Position numbers and translations under genes: made by a program
Notes under the pieces: generated by a model
What the model saw: the letters and a program-made list of their open reading frames with translations, nothing else
Databases searched by the model: none
What the model was told of the DNA's origin: nothing
Part shown: piece after piece, positions 1 through 8,156 of the stretch
Layout of the letters: each line of letters opens with the position of its first letter
Numbering within the stretch: the stretch's first letter is position 1
From: an uncultured bacterium
GTDB lineage: Bacteria > Auribacterota > JACPWU01
Assembly (NCBI GenBank): GCA_964640155.1
Contig: CAZXEQ010000001.1
Coordinates: forward strand, 366,403 to 398,402
Length of the DNA stretch: 32,000 nucleotides
Direction: 5' to 3'

Positions 1-168
1 ATCATCTAAAAGCTCGGCTTTTTCAGCACGTTCATAAACATGCTGAATCATGGGCTTACCCAAAAGATCCGCCAAAACTTTTCCTGGAAATCGTGTAGAG
101 GCAAACCGGGCAGGAATGACACCGATGACGCGGGATTTATTTTCTTTTGTTTTAGCCCCTTGCGTCAT
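1..168 (-). CDS. kdsB: 3-deoxy-manno-octulosonate cytidylyltransferase (CMP-Kdo synthetase), N-terminal fragment; the gene runs off the left edge
   Basis: My own minus-strand translation from the ATG at 166-168 gives [56 protein letters not shown]. The IPAR-ASTR-PGK...GKPMI block is the KdsB N-terminal signature. The ORF is absent from the track because it is truncated. Its start lies 3 nt from the gmhB stop. Confidence 0.7.
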   Translation of the reverse strand, partial: MTQGAKTKENKSRVIGVIPARFASTRFPGKVLADLLGKPMIQHVYERAEKAELLDD

Positions 169-170
169 TT

Positions 171-779
171 TTAATCCTTACGTTTAATACCTATCTCCGC
201 TTTAATCACTTCAAGCGCGCCACTGTCCTTCAAAATCCATTCTACTGCACCACTCAAATGATCTGCTACATAATCAGGAGAAGGCCACTCTTCATCCTCT
301 TCATCTACATTGGCAGCTTCATCCTCTTCAGATAAGAGAAGAATGGTTTTGCATGTCGCATTTTTCCCCGTCAACACATCTGAAATCTTATCTCCCACAA
401 TGTAAGATTTTTTCAAATCAACATCATATTTCTTCGCCAAATCTTTAATCATTTTAGGAGAAGGTTTTCGACAAGCGCATTTTTCTTCAGGACGATGTGG
501 GCAATAGACCACGCCATCAAACTCAATATCTGAATGTGCAAACTCTTCACGCATTTTCTCATGAATGGCATCCAGTACTTCTTGTGAAACAATACCTCGT
601 CCAATCCCTGACTGATTACTCACAACAAAAACTTTAAATCCCATTTCTTTTAACAAACCTACTGCTGGTTTTGCACCAGAAATCAGTTTGAAGTTTTCGA
701 CCTTATTCAAATAACCCACATCTTCATTAATGGTTCCATCACGGTCCAAGAAAACTGCTTTAAACTTACCAGATGACAT
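171..779 (-). CDS. gmhB: D-glycero-D-manno-heptose 1,7-bisphosphate phosphatase (HAD-IIIA, histidinol-phosphatase-like)
   Basis: Shows the HAD motifs [20 protein letters not shown] and VGDKISD, plus the Cys-rich zinc loop [14 protein letters not shown] typical of GmhB. ATG at 777-779. Overlaps the upstream kinase gene by 14 nt. Confidence 0.8.
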   Translation of the reverse strand: MSSGKFKAVFLDRDGTINEDVGYLNKVENFKLISGAKPAVGLLKEMGFKVFVVSNQSGIGRGIVSQEVLDAIHEKMREEFAHSDIEFDGVVYCPHRPEEKCACRKPSPKMIKDLAKKYDVDLKKSYIVGDKISDVLTGKNATCKTILLLSEEDEAANVDEEDEEWPSPDYVADHLSGAVEWILKDSGALEVIKAEIGIKRKD

Positions 780-1758
780 TTTCTAATTCCTCCCCCATTT
801 CAACTTGACTGACCACCGCTGTTCCGAGTTTACCTACCACAATTCCTGCTGCAAGATTTGCTAATTGAGCCGCCTCTTTGAAATTTGCTCCACTTAAAAG
901 AGATGTTACAAATGTTCCTATCACCGTATCTCCTGCACCCGAAACATCATAAACTTCACGTGCTCTTGTAGGAATACGATAAGGTTTCTGTCCTTTTTCA
1001 AAAAGACACATCCCTTTAGAGCCCAAAGTAATTAAAACAGCATTACACTCCCACTTGTTTAGCAAAATCGAACCTATCTTGTCTATCTCAGAATCTTTTT
1101 CTGCCCCCATAAGTTCAATACCTGCAAAATAAGCAGCTTCTTCTAAGTTAGGAGTTGCAAAATGAATTCCGCGATAATTTAACAAATGTCCCTTCTTCGG
1201 ATCAACGCCAATCAACAATCGATGACACTTTGAAAAATCAATAAGCCAAGAAAGAAATTCTTGTGTGAGAACTCCTTTTCCATAATCTTCAACTAATATC
1301 GCCTGAATTTTTTTTGAATTTTGCATCAACATACGTTTCATATTATCCACATCTCGGGAACTTGTAGGACGAATGACTTCCCTATCAATACGAACCACCT
1401 GCTGCTGATGTGCCACCACGCGTGTTTTTAAAGTGGTATGTCGCGCTTGATCTTTTCCAATTCCAGAAATATTTATTCCACGCTCAGTCATTTGATCCAA
1501 TAAAAGCTTACCCTCTTGATCTTTTCCAACCACTCCAGCGACAAAAACCTTTCCGCCCAAAGCCACAATGTTATTGGCAACGTTAGCCGCTCCACCAGGG
1601 ACATAAGAATCTCTTTCAACTTCTACCACAGGAACAGGGGCTTCTGGAGAAATACGTCTGACCTTTCCCCAAATAAAACAATCCAAAATTAAATCTCCGA
1701 TGACACAAACTTTTGTTTTATCAAATCCTGATAATATTTTTTTAAATCGTGATTTCAT
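766..1758 (-). CDS. hldA: D-beta-D-heptose 7-phosphate kinase (RfaE domain I type, PfkB/ribokinase family)
   Basis: Motifs VCVIGDLILDCF, GGAANVANN and the C-terminal DVSGAGDTV...GTAVV follow the PfkB sugar-kinase pattern. Sits in LPS context with gmhB and kdsB. The track start at 1770 is a GTG, so I use the first ATG (MKSRFKKIL) at 1758; either start is possible. Confidence 0.7.
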   Translation of the reverse strand: MKSRFKKILSGFDKTKVCVIGDLILDCFIWGKVRRISPEAPVPVVEVERDSYVPGGAANVANNIVALGGKVFVAGVVGKDQEGKLLLDQMTERGINISGIGKDQARHTTLKTRVVAHQQQVVRIDREVIRPTSSRDVDNMKRMLMQNSKKIQAILVEDYGKGVLTQEFLSWLIDFSKCHRLLIGVDPKKGHLLNYRGIHFATPNLEEAAYFAGIELMGAEKDSEIDKIGSILLNKWECNAVLITLGSKGMCLFEKGQKPYRIPTRAREVYDVSGAGDTVIGTFVTSLLSGANFKEAAQLANLAAGIVVGKLGTAVVSQVEMGEELENVIW

Positions 1759-1810
1759 CGACTTTTTCACTTTCTTTAACTTAAATATTCCGAAAAACTC
1801 TTATGTTTAG

Positions 1811-1948
1811 AAACCTCTCAAAAAGGTCTCAGACATGTTTTTATAGTCCCCTTAAGGGGATGCAAGGCGCCTGCAAGCGACTGCGGGGAGGCGTACAATG
1901 TACGCCCCGCACAAAGAAGCTCAGCAGATGGGCCTTTTTCAGAGGTTT
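1811..1948. repeat. GC-enriched structured intergenic element C, closed by a 16-nt terminal inverted repeat
   Basis: AAACCTCTCAAAAAGG (1811-1826) pairs with CCTTTTTCAGAGGTTT (1933-1948) at 15 of 16 positions. Inside are a 14-nt perfect palindrome TCCCCTTAAGGGGA and a GC-rich hairpin GCGGGGAGGCGTACA/TGTACGCCCCGC (1883-1910). The right arm overlaps the stop codon of the DUF3108-like gene. Confidence 0.5.
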
Positions 1949-2723
1949 AAGTTACATTCTTCTTTTTTATAATTTCGGCTTTCACTAAAGTAGCTGTCAC
2001 ACTCCCAAAAGGAACTTTGCTGCGCACAAAAAATGGTAGACGCCTTCGATCTGTAGAGATCCAAACCCAAACTCTTCCACGACGTTCAAACATACCTTTA
2101 AATTGAGCTAAAGGCTCTACATAAAAAGCGTCCATTAAACCAAATTTTCGGACTTCTTTATTTTTTTCAAAATCTTTCACCTGTATTTCTAATTTCCAAT
2201 TTTTCTCATCTGCATTCACATCCATGAAAAGACTTTCACCTTTTTTTATAGGAAGTGATCGAAAATAATAAATGGAAGAAAGAGCATCTTGCACATGAAC
2301 AGGAATTTCAAACTCTTTTGAAGAACCATTTCGAAAAGAATGATAGAACCCTTTTTTCTTTTCATAATCAAACCTTATCTCTTCATCCGCCCGATAGCCT
2401 CCTTCAGATTGATTCTTATAAAAACGATGTGAAAAAAGTCCTTCTACATCCATGTATGTTTCTACAGTGTCCCGCAGTTTATAAAATGTAGAAAGAAATG
2501 AATTTGACCACGCCTTCATTACAATATGATAAACACGCTTGCCTTCATACTCTTTAATTTCTTGAACATGGAGGGTGGCCCAACCCACAGGAATAAATCC
2601 CCATCTCAAAATATAAGTTAATTTTTCTCCAAGAATTGGGCCTTTAGTTCCTGGGACTTCCTCAGACCAAAGTGAAGCCACAATCCCAAACAAACAGAGG
2701 ATAATAAAAAATTTTTGTCTCAT
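1947..2723 (-). CDS. Secreted DUF3108-like protein
   Basis: Signal peptide MRQKFFIILCLFGIVASLWS. The GEKLTYILRWGFIPVGWATLHV opening and the ~250-aa beta-rich body resemble the DUF3108 family as I recall it. The track start at 2744 is a TTG, so I use the ATG at 2723. Confidence 0.45.
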   Translation of the reverse strand: MRQKFFIILCLFGIVASLWSEEVPGTKGPILGEKLTYILRWGFIPVGWATLHVQEIKEYEGKRVYHIVMKAWSNSFLSTFYKLRDTVETYMDVEGLFSHRFYKNQSEGGYRADEEIRFDYEKKKGFYHSFRNGSSKEFEIPVHVQDALSSIYYFRSLPIKKGESLFMDVNADEKNWKLEIQVKDFEKNKEVRKFGLMDAFYVEPLAQFKGMFERRGRVWVWISTDRRRLPFFVRSKVPFGSVTATLVKAEIIKKKNVT

Positions 2724-2802
2724 AACTTTCTGTACTTTACACAAACAGTTTTACTTTGCAACAAAAGCCAACATCACGAAATTCTACCATAAACGATTAT
2801 TA

Positions 2803-2939
2803 TTTTTCATCAGAGGGTGAAGACCATTGGAACTCGAGCACGCATGGTATCCCGATATTAATCGGGATGAGCGAGAGTTTCATTGAGTTCGTTTGACTCG
2901 CAGGGACAAATGAACGTGTCTGAACACTCTGATAAAAAA
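2803..2939. repeat. GC-enriched structured intergenic element A, homologous to element B at 15077-15224
   Basis: Outer stem TTTTTCATCAGAG (2803-2815) pairs with CTCTGATAAAAAA (2927-2939). Inner hairpins are ATCCCGAT-ATTA-ATCGGGAT (2849-2868) and GAGT-TCGTTTG-ACTC (2885-2899). Shares the blocks CATGGT, CCGAT, ATCGG, CAT-GAGT, ACTCG, GGG and TGA-CG-GTCTGA, in the same order, with element B. Confidence 0.6.
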
Positions 2940-3011
2940 TCCCTCAATTCCTGCTTGAAGATACGCTGCATTGTACAAGTAACCCTTTTACCATATAAGA
3001 CTCATTTTTCA

Positions 3012-4901
3012 TCAGACAATTACTTCGTAAACCGTCACTGGCTTTTCTTTTCCCTTTACCTTCACCTCTCCTAACAAGCGACCTTTAATACACTCTTTCA
3101 CTCGATCATAAGTCGACTGACTGATCACAATATCCACATTAAATTGTCGGGTCAACCCTTCCAATCGAGAAGCTAAATTCACTTCATCTCCTACCACCGT
3201 ATAGTTCATCACGTGGGACGAACCCATATTACCAACAACCATTGAGCCTGTATTAATACCAATCCCCATCTGCAAGGGTTCTTTTCCCTCTTTTTCCCAA
3301 ATCCTTTTTAATTCTTTAAGTTTTTCTTGCATTTCAATCGCAGCCATTACTGCACATAAAGCATGATCTTTTTCTAAATCAACCGGGGCACCAAAAATAG
3401 CCATTAGGCCATCCCCTAAATATTTATCCAGAGTTCCTCCATGCTTTAAAATAATGCCTGTCATCACTTCAAAATATTCATTCAAGATAGAAATCACCTC
3501 TTCAGGCGTTTTACGTTCACAATAGGAAGAAAACATTCGGATATCAGAAAAAAGTACAGTTAGCTCATTTCTCTTTCCCCCTAATGCTAAAGCACGAGGA
3601 TCATCTAAGACTTTTTTCATAATGGAGGGGGACACAAAATGTTGAAAAGCCTTTTTCACAAAACGCTTTTCTTTTTCTTCAAGCAAAAAACGAGCTGTGG
3701 TTGCTAAAACATAAGACAAAATAATGCCTAGACTAGGAGCAACCATAGGAAATTGAAAATTTTTCCAAGAAAAAAGAAATCCATTCAAACAACCATATCC
3801 TATAAAAATGAAAGATGTATATAAAGCTGCCTTCCAACGCTGCGATAAATAACTCACCCAAGCTGTTAAAAGAGAAAATAGCAAAAGAATCAAGATTGAA
3901 AAAGAGATAGGGAAAATTCTCAAAAAATCTCTTTGCAAAATATTTTGAATCGCATTCAAATGAACTAGCACCAAGGGAGTATTTGGGCTTAGTGGAGTTG
4001 GATCAATATCTGTAACTCCAGTTCCTGTAAGTCCGACCACTACAATATCGCCCTGCACTTTTTTATCTCTAAGCACTTGTGCAAAAGACCCGGATTTGAA
4101 ATTTTCCAGATTTGAGCGAAAATTAATTGTAAAATTTCCTTGAGAGTCCGTTGGAATATCTAAAACTTGATTTTTTAAACGAAGTCGAATACCTGAATTT
4201 TTAATCCATTCCAAATCTGATCCAGAAAGTCCGTAATAATCCATAATTAATCTTAAGGATAAACTAGGATAAAGTTTCTTGTGAAAATGGAAAATCAGAG
4301 GGAGCTGTCTCAAAGAACCATCCATATCTTTGGGCGCATTGATAAATCCAACATGCGAAGCTTCCGAAATCTCTTTGATAGGAAGCTGTACTCCTTGCAT
4401 TTCTCTTATCTCAGAACCTTTATTTTCTAAATTCAAAATCTTATTCTTTTCGAGAACAGTTTCAGTCCAAGAAGAAAGAGAAAAAGATTGTTTCTTATTT
4501 TCAAAAAATCCCGCAAAGGTAATAGCATCAAAAGCACGACTGACCTGAGCCAAGCTCTCATCTGCTTGAGGCATGGACTCATCACTTTGAGTAAAAAGGA
4601 TATCAAAGCCCAAGGCCATAGGAGGGTTATTTTTAAATCCTTCTAACAAAGCAGCATGGTAAGTCCTTGGCCATGGCCACCGCCCTAATGTTTGAATAGA
4701 AGGATCATCGATACCAATCAAAAATATGCGCGGGTCTGCCTTTAAAAACCCCCGCAGATTAAATTTAAGATCACTAGACCTTAACTCCAATTGTTTCAGA
4801 AAAGAGGTACATGAAAGAATAAGAACAATACCAAAAGAAAGAAGACCAATAACAAGACTTTTTAGGATTTTTGTCCCTTTCGGGATTATTCTCTTTAACA
4901 T
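3012..4901 (-). CDS. CHASE2 sensor-domain class III adenylate/guanylate cyclase
   Basis: N-terminal TM segment, then the periplasmic CHASE2 hallmark LIGIDDPSIQTLGRWPWPRTYHAALL...LGFDILF. A block of hydrophobic TM segments follows. The C-terminal cyclase homology domain reads ELTVLFSDIRMFSSY...LDKYLGDGLMAIFGAP...GINTGSMVVGNMGS...YTVVGDEVNLASRLE. The track start at 4907 is a TTG; the ATG at 4901 is used. Confidence 0.85.
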   Translation of the reverse strand: MLKRIIPKGTKILKSLVIGLLSFGIVLILSCTSFLKQLELRSSDLKFNLRGFLKADPRIFLIGIDDPSIQTLGRWPWPRTYHAALLEGFKNNPPMALGFDILFTQSDESMPQADESLAQVSRAFDAITFAGFFENKKQSFSLSSWTETVLEKNKILNLENKGSEIREMQGVQLPIKEISEASHVGFINAPKDMDGSLRQLPLIFHFHKKLYPSLSLRLIMDYYGLSGSDLEWIKNSGIRLRLKNQVLDIPTDSQGNFTINFRSNLENFKSGSFAQVLRDKKVQGDIVVVGLTGTGVTDIDPTPLSPNTPLVLVHLNAIQNILQRDFLRIFPISFSILILLLFSLLTAWVSYLSQRWKAALYTSFIFIGYGCLNGFLFSWKNFQFPMVAPSLGIILSYVLATTARFLLEEKEKRFVKKAFQHFVSPSIMKKVLDDPRALALGGKRNELTVLFSDIRMFSSYCERKTPEEVISILNEYFEVMTGIILKHGGTLDKYLGDGLMAIFGAPVDLEKDHALCAVMAAIEMQEKLKELKRIWEKEGKEPLQMGIGINTGSMVVGNMGSSHVMNYTVVGDEVNLASRLEGLTRQFNVDIVISQSTYDRVKECIKGRLLGEVKVKGKEKPVTVYEVIV

Positions 4902-4942
4902 TGCCAAAGAACCTTTCAGTTCTTATACTATGAGTTTCAAAT

Positions 4943-4974
4943 AAGACACAAAAGCAAATTGCTTTACTTGTCTT
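4943..4974. promoter_or_regulatory. Extended imperfect palindrome (candidate operator) in the divergent cyclase / FecR-LPP20 promoter region
   Basis: The sequence is AAGACAcAAAAGCAAaTTGCTTTacTTGTCTT. The core AAAGCAAATTGCTTT (4951-4965) is a perfect 15-nt palindrome, and the outer AAGACA/TGTCTT arms extend it. Confidence 0.35.
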
Positions 4975-4991
4975 GTCTGTTGATTCAGTTT

Positions 4992-5006
4992 TGGCGTTTA
5001 TTTTGA
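4992..5006 (+). promoter_or_regulatory. Weak sigma-54-like element upstream of the FecR-LPP20 gene
   Basis: TGGCGT-TTATT-TTGA has correct GG-to-G spacing, but the near-invariant -12 GC is GA. It lies 28 nt upstream of the ATG at 5034. Confidence 0.2.
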
Positions 5007-5033
5007 GGATGTCATAGACATAAGGAGCTTTCA

Positions 5034-6356
5034 ATGAAAAAAACTTTAGTTTTTGCATTTTTAATCACTTCCCTTTCATTCCCTGTTTTTTCAAATGTAA
5101 AAAATCAAGGTCAAATACAAGCCCTTCAAGGAGAAGTCCAGTTTTTTGAGAAGGAAGGAGCCTCTTCTCAAGCTGCAAAAGTGGGAATGACGGTGATCTC
5201 TTCGAATATTATTGAAACTGGCAATCATGCTTATTGCGTCATACAACTCGATGAACAAAATTCTTTGCGAATCAAACAAAATGCACGTGTTAAAATTGAG
5301 AAAATATGGGAAGCTTCTAAGAAGCCTGATGGATCTGTGGTCAATGAAGCTCGTTTAGATTTAATGAGAGGCGAGCTCACCGCGAAACTCAATAAAATTC
5401 CTGCTAATTCTAAATTTGAAGTTTCAAGTCCAGTCGCTATCGCAGGAGCAACCGGAACGGCCTACACCGTCTATGTAGAACCCGAAAATTCAAAAACCTC
5501 TGTCACTGTTTTAGATCATCAAGTCGAGGTCATCAACACCAATGAATCTGGGAAAAGCGTTCAAGTACAAAAATTTCAAAGAGTTGAAACAGCCCCATGG
5601 GCCCAAACAACTGTTTCAGCTTTAGGTCGAGGCGTATTATCAGAAGCCATTTTAGGGAAAGATTTTGTAAAGCAAGCCGAAAACAATATTGAAATTCAGT
5701 CTGTTGGCACGGGAACCAATCCAGAAGAAGCAAAACTTCAGGCCTTGTATCAATTATCTAAAATCATTCTCAATCTTCATGTGGATCAGGAAAAAACTCT
5801 TGAAAAGGTTATGGCTGAAGATCTGATTCTGACTCAAAAAGTTTATCAAATGATTTCAAATGCTCAGATCGTTGAATCCACCACTGCTGACGGGAAATCT
5901 CAAAGCAAAGCAAAGATTGATCTTGTATCTTTAAATCAAGCGTTAGGCAAATCCCTTTTCGGACTGACTCAAAGCGTGATTCCAATTTCTCAAAGTGAAT
6001 ACTCTAAGAAATTTAGTGCCTTAGCCCGTGTAACCACCGTTCGAGCTGCTCAAGTGGAAGGCTACCGCAATTTGGCTGAAATCATTTATGGAACAGTTAT
6101 TAACGCCGACACTACCGTAGAAGATTTTGCAGTTAAAAACGATACCGTTAGGACTAAAGTACAGGGCCTTGTTAAAGGAGCACAAGTCATTAACACTCAA
6201 TATTTTTCGGATGGCTCTGTTATTGTTTCATTGGAGATTCGAGGAGATCTCATCCCTGAAAACTTGAGTTCTGTCACAGGAGATGTTTTTGGGAAAAATT
6301 ATCTTTCTGGACCTCGATTAATTGAATATAGAGAATTTATAGATTTGGACTTTTAA
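5034..6356 (+). CDS. Secreted FecR-domain protein fused to LPP20-type domain(s)
   Basis: AAGGAG RBS 6 nt upstream. Signal peptide MKKTLVFAFLITSLSFPVFS. FecR-like beta-sandwich pattern (LQGEVQFF...VGMTVISSNIIETGNHAYCVIQLDEQNSLRIKQNARVKI...VSSPVAIAGATGTAYTV). The C-terminal LPP20-type domain reads RAAQVEGYRNLAEIIYGTVINADTTVEDFAVKNDTVRTKVQGLVKGAQV...DGSVIVSLEI. A more degenerate copy begins at SVGTGTNPEEAKLQALYQL. Confidence 0.65.
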   Translation: MKKTLVFAFLITSLSFPVFSNVKNQGQIQALQGEVQFFEKEGASSQAAKVGMTVISSNIIETGNHAYCVIQLDEQNSLRIKQNARVKIEKIWEASKKPDGSVVNEARLDLMRGELTAKLNKIPANSKFEVSSPVAIAGATGTAYTVYVEPENSKTSVTVLDHQVEVINTNESGKSVQVQKFQRVETAPWAQTTVSALGRGVLSEAILGKDFVKQAENNIEIQSVGTGTNPEEAKLQALYQLSKIILNLHVDQEKTLEKVMAEDLILTQKVYQMISNAQIVESTTADGKSQSKAKIDLVSLNQALGKSLFGLTQSVIPISQSEYSKKFSALARVTTVRAAQVEGYRNLAEIIYGTVINADTTVEDFAVKNDTVRTKVQGLVKGAQVINTQYFSDGSVIVSLEIRGDLIPENLSSVTGDVFGKNYLSGPRLIEYREFIDLDF

Positions 6357-7094
6357 ATGTTTTTATTCTTACGCCTATTGCTTGCCCATTTCGTTGGGGA
6401 TTTTCCGCTCCAATTTCGCTTTGTCTATTCCGCCAAAGTAAAAAACATTCGAGGCAAAGCCATTCACGCTGGGATCGTAACAGCAACCATGATCCCCTTT
6501 TCTTATCCCTATTGGAAAGAACCTATTCTTTGGTTTTTGTTAGCAATCATTGGAGTCACACATTTTTTCCAAGATTGGGCAAAGCTCATTATTGTCCATC
6601 GTCTTAAAAACCCAAACAATTTTTTTGTATTTCTTGCCGATCAAATTCTACATATTGCAACATTAGGGGTAATATGGCTCACTCCTTTAGCTCAACAAAC
6701 ACCGAAAGCTATTAGAAATTCTTTTCTAGAGAAACTCTATTTGGATCATACTTTTATTTTAATTTCGATTGTTCTGATATCAGCCAGCTTTGCTGGAACA
6801 TTTATGATTGCAACTTTTAAAGCTACTTTCTTATCACAGAAACTTGCCACTCCTTATCTAGAACCCCTTGAACGAATTTACGGCATTATTGAAAGAGCTT
6901 TGATGATTCTTCTAATGATTTGGTCTTATTACACAGTTATCTTGCTCCCTCTTTTTTTACTGCCCAAATTTATCTATGCTAATTTTCAAATAAAAAGGCT
7001 CAAAGGAAATTCCTTTGAGCCTTTCTTATCTGATACGATTGCTGGAATGATTTTTGTTATTATAAATTATGCATTTTATGCCCTTCTTGCATAA
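6357..7094 (+). CDS. Polytopic membrane protein, DUF3307-like
   Basis: N-terminal LLLAHFVGDFPLQ motif (H-x3-DF-x-Q) and about 6 hydrophobic segments. The ATG directly abuts the TAA of the upstream gene (TAAATG), which suggests translational coupling. Confidence 0.5.
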   Translation: MFLFLRLLLAHFVGDFPLQFRFVYSAKVKNIRGKAIHAGIVTATMIPFSYPYWKEPILWFLLAIIGVTHFFQDWAKLIIVHRLKNPNNFFVFLADQILHIATLGVIWLTPLAQQTPKAIRNSFLEKLYLDHTFILISIVLISASFAGTFMIATFKATFLSQKLATPYLEPLERIYGIIERALMILLMIWSYYTVILLPLFLLPKFIYANFQIKRLKGNSFEPFLSDTIAGMIFVIINYAFYALLA

Positions 7095-7126
7095 TTCATA
7101 CTGCTTGCTATCTAATCAATACGCCA

Positions 7127-8071
7127 TTAGAAATGATACGTAAGCCCTAACGCTGCACTCCAAGATTTCCAATTCACCTCATCAAGAATCGCATGCCCAG
7201 ATGTCCCGTCTGCAAAAAAAGTTCTATCCTCTCCTGTATCTGTCGACCAATCTTGATAAGTAAGATCTAAATTAATAGACCAGTGAGAGGAGAAAGCGTA
7301 ATCTGCTCCTCCTGATAATTTTAGACCATCCCCATCCGCATCATGAGAATAGCTCTTGGGATGTTGGAAATCTTCACGTTGAGCCCAATTCCCCACAGCA
7401 CTATAATTAACAAAGTGATATTCAAAACCAAAAAGAAATGTCAGCTTTTTTGTAGCATCATAAGATAGATCCATTCCTAGCCAAGCCCCATGCCACTGAG
7501 TTTCATAAGAACTGTTCACATCTCCCGTCGCAGAACCTACGGGAGTATCATCGATTTGATTTAATGTTATAACCCCATCATGAATTTCCAAATTCTGTTC
7601 TTGATATGAGTATCCAACAAGAGGAGTAAAGCTCAATCGATTCGAACAAAAATCGAATTGCACTCCTATCCCAGATGATGTATCCAAAACATTTCCACCC
7701 TCTGCAGAATGGTGAGTCCTTGAGAATTCGTCCTGGCGGGGATGTTTTACATCTCCAACAAAATCTGAGTCCTGTACTTGTCCATCCAAAATCCAACCAT
7801 AGGCAAATTTACCTTTAAGAACAAAAGTATCATTCACAATAATCTTGCCATTGGTACTGAGTTGGTCTATATCCAAATCCTTCCAAGTCAGGTCAGAAGC
7901 AATTCCCAGCAAACCCCCAACATCATCGGGTTGTACTCCATGAAGAGAAAATTTTAAGTCATCCGAGCGATACCCATTCGCCACATTCAATTCTGTTTCA
8001 ATTTTTCCAAACGCAAGTGTATTTGCAAAAATAACAGCAAACAAAGAAACCCATTTGAACCATTTTTTCAT
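7127..8071 (-). CDS. Omptin-like outer-membrane beta-barrel protein
   Basis: Signal peptide MKKWFKWVSLFAVIFANTLAFG. Alternating amphipathic strands and a terminal LGLTYHF (C-terminal Phe). By-eye collinearity with E. coli OmpT: SDLTWKD ~ SQLDWKF, QVQDSDFVGD ~ MVDQDWMD, YETQWHGAWLGMDLSY ~ YKQRFKMPYIGLTGSY, and LGLTYHF ~ AGLKYTF. Confidence 0.5.
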   Translation of the reverse strand: MKKWFKWVSLFAVIFANTLAFGKIETELNVANGYRSDDLKFSLHGVQPDDVGGLLGIASDLTWKDLDIDQLSTNGKIIVNDTFVLKGKFAYGWILDGQVQDSDFVGDVKHPRQDEFSRTHHSAEGGNVLDTSSGIGVQFDFCSNRLSFTPLVGYSYQEQNLEIHDGVITLNQIDDTPVGSATGDVNSSYETQWHGAWLGMDLSYDATKKLTFLFGFEYHFVNYSAVGNWAQREDFQHPKSYSHDADGDGLKLSGGADYAFSSHWSINLDLTYQDWSTDTGEDRTFFADGTSGHAILDEVNWKSWSAALGLTYHF

Positions 8072-8156
8072 ATTTTCATTCTCTTTTACAAGTTAGTTAA
8101 TTTATTACTATTTACAGGCATTTGCAGCACTTTAGTGTAAAACAACTCTATGGTAC

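Noticed and set aside
1803-1988. 61-aa plus-strand ORF in the track
   Set aside because: It lies entirely within the hairpin-rich element C and the 3' end of the DUF3108-like gene. It has no RBS and an Arg/Cys-rich, low-plausibility sequence. The 2883-3074 ORF across element A is rejected for the same reasons.
2880-2905. tRNA-like T-arm (GAGT-TCGTTTG-ACTC) inside element A
   Set aside because: The loop does not match the T-loop consensus (TTCGAAT-like). No acceptor stem, D-arm or anticodon arm can be built around it on either strand.
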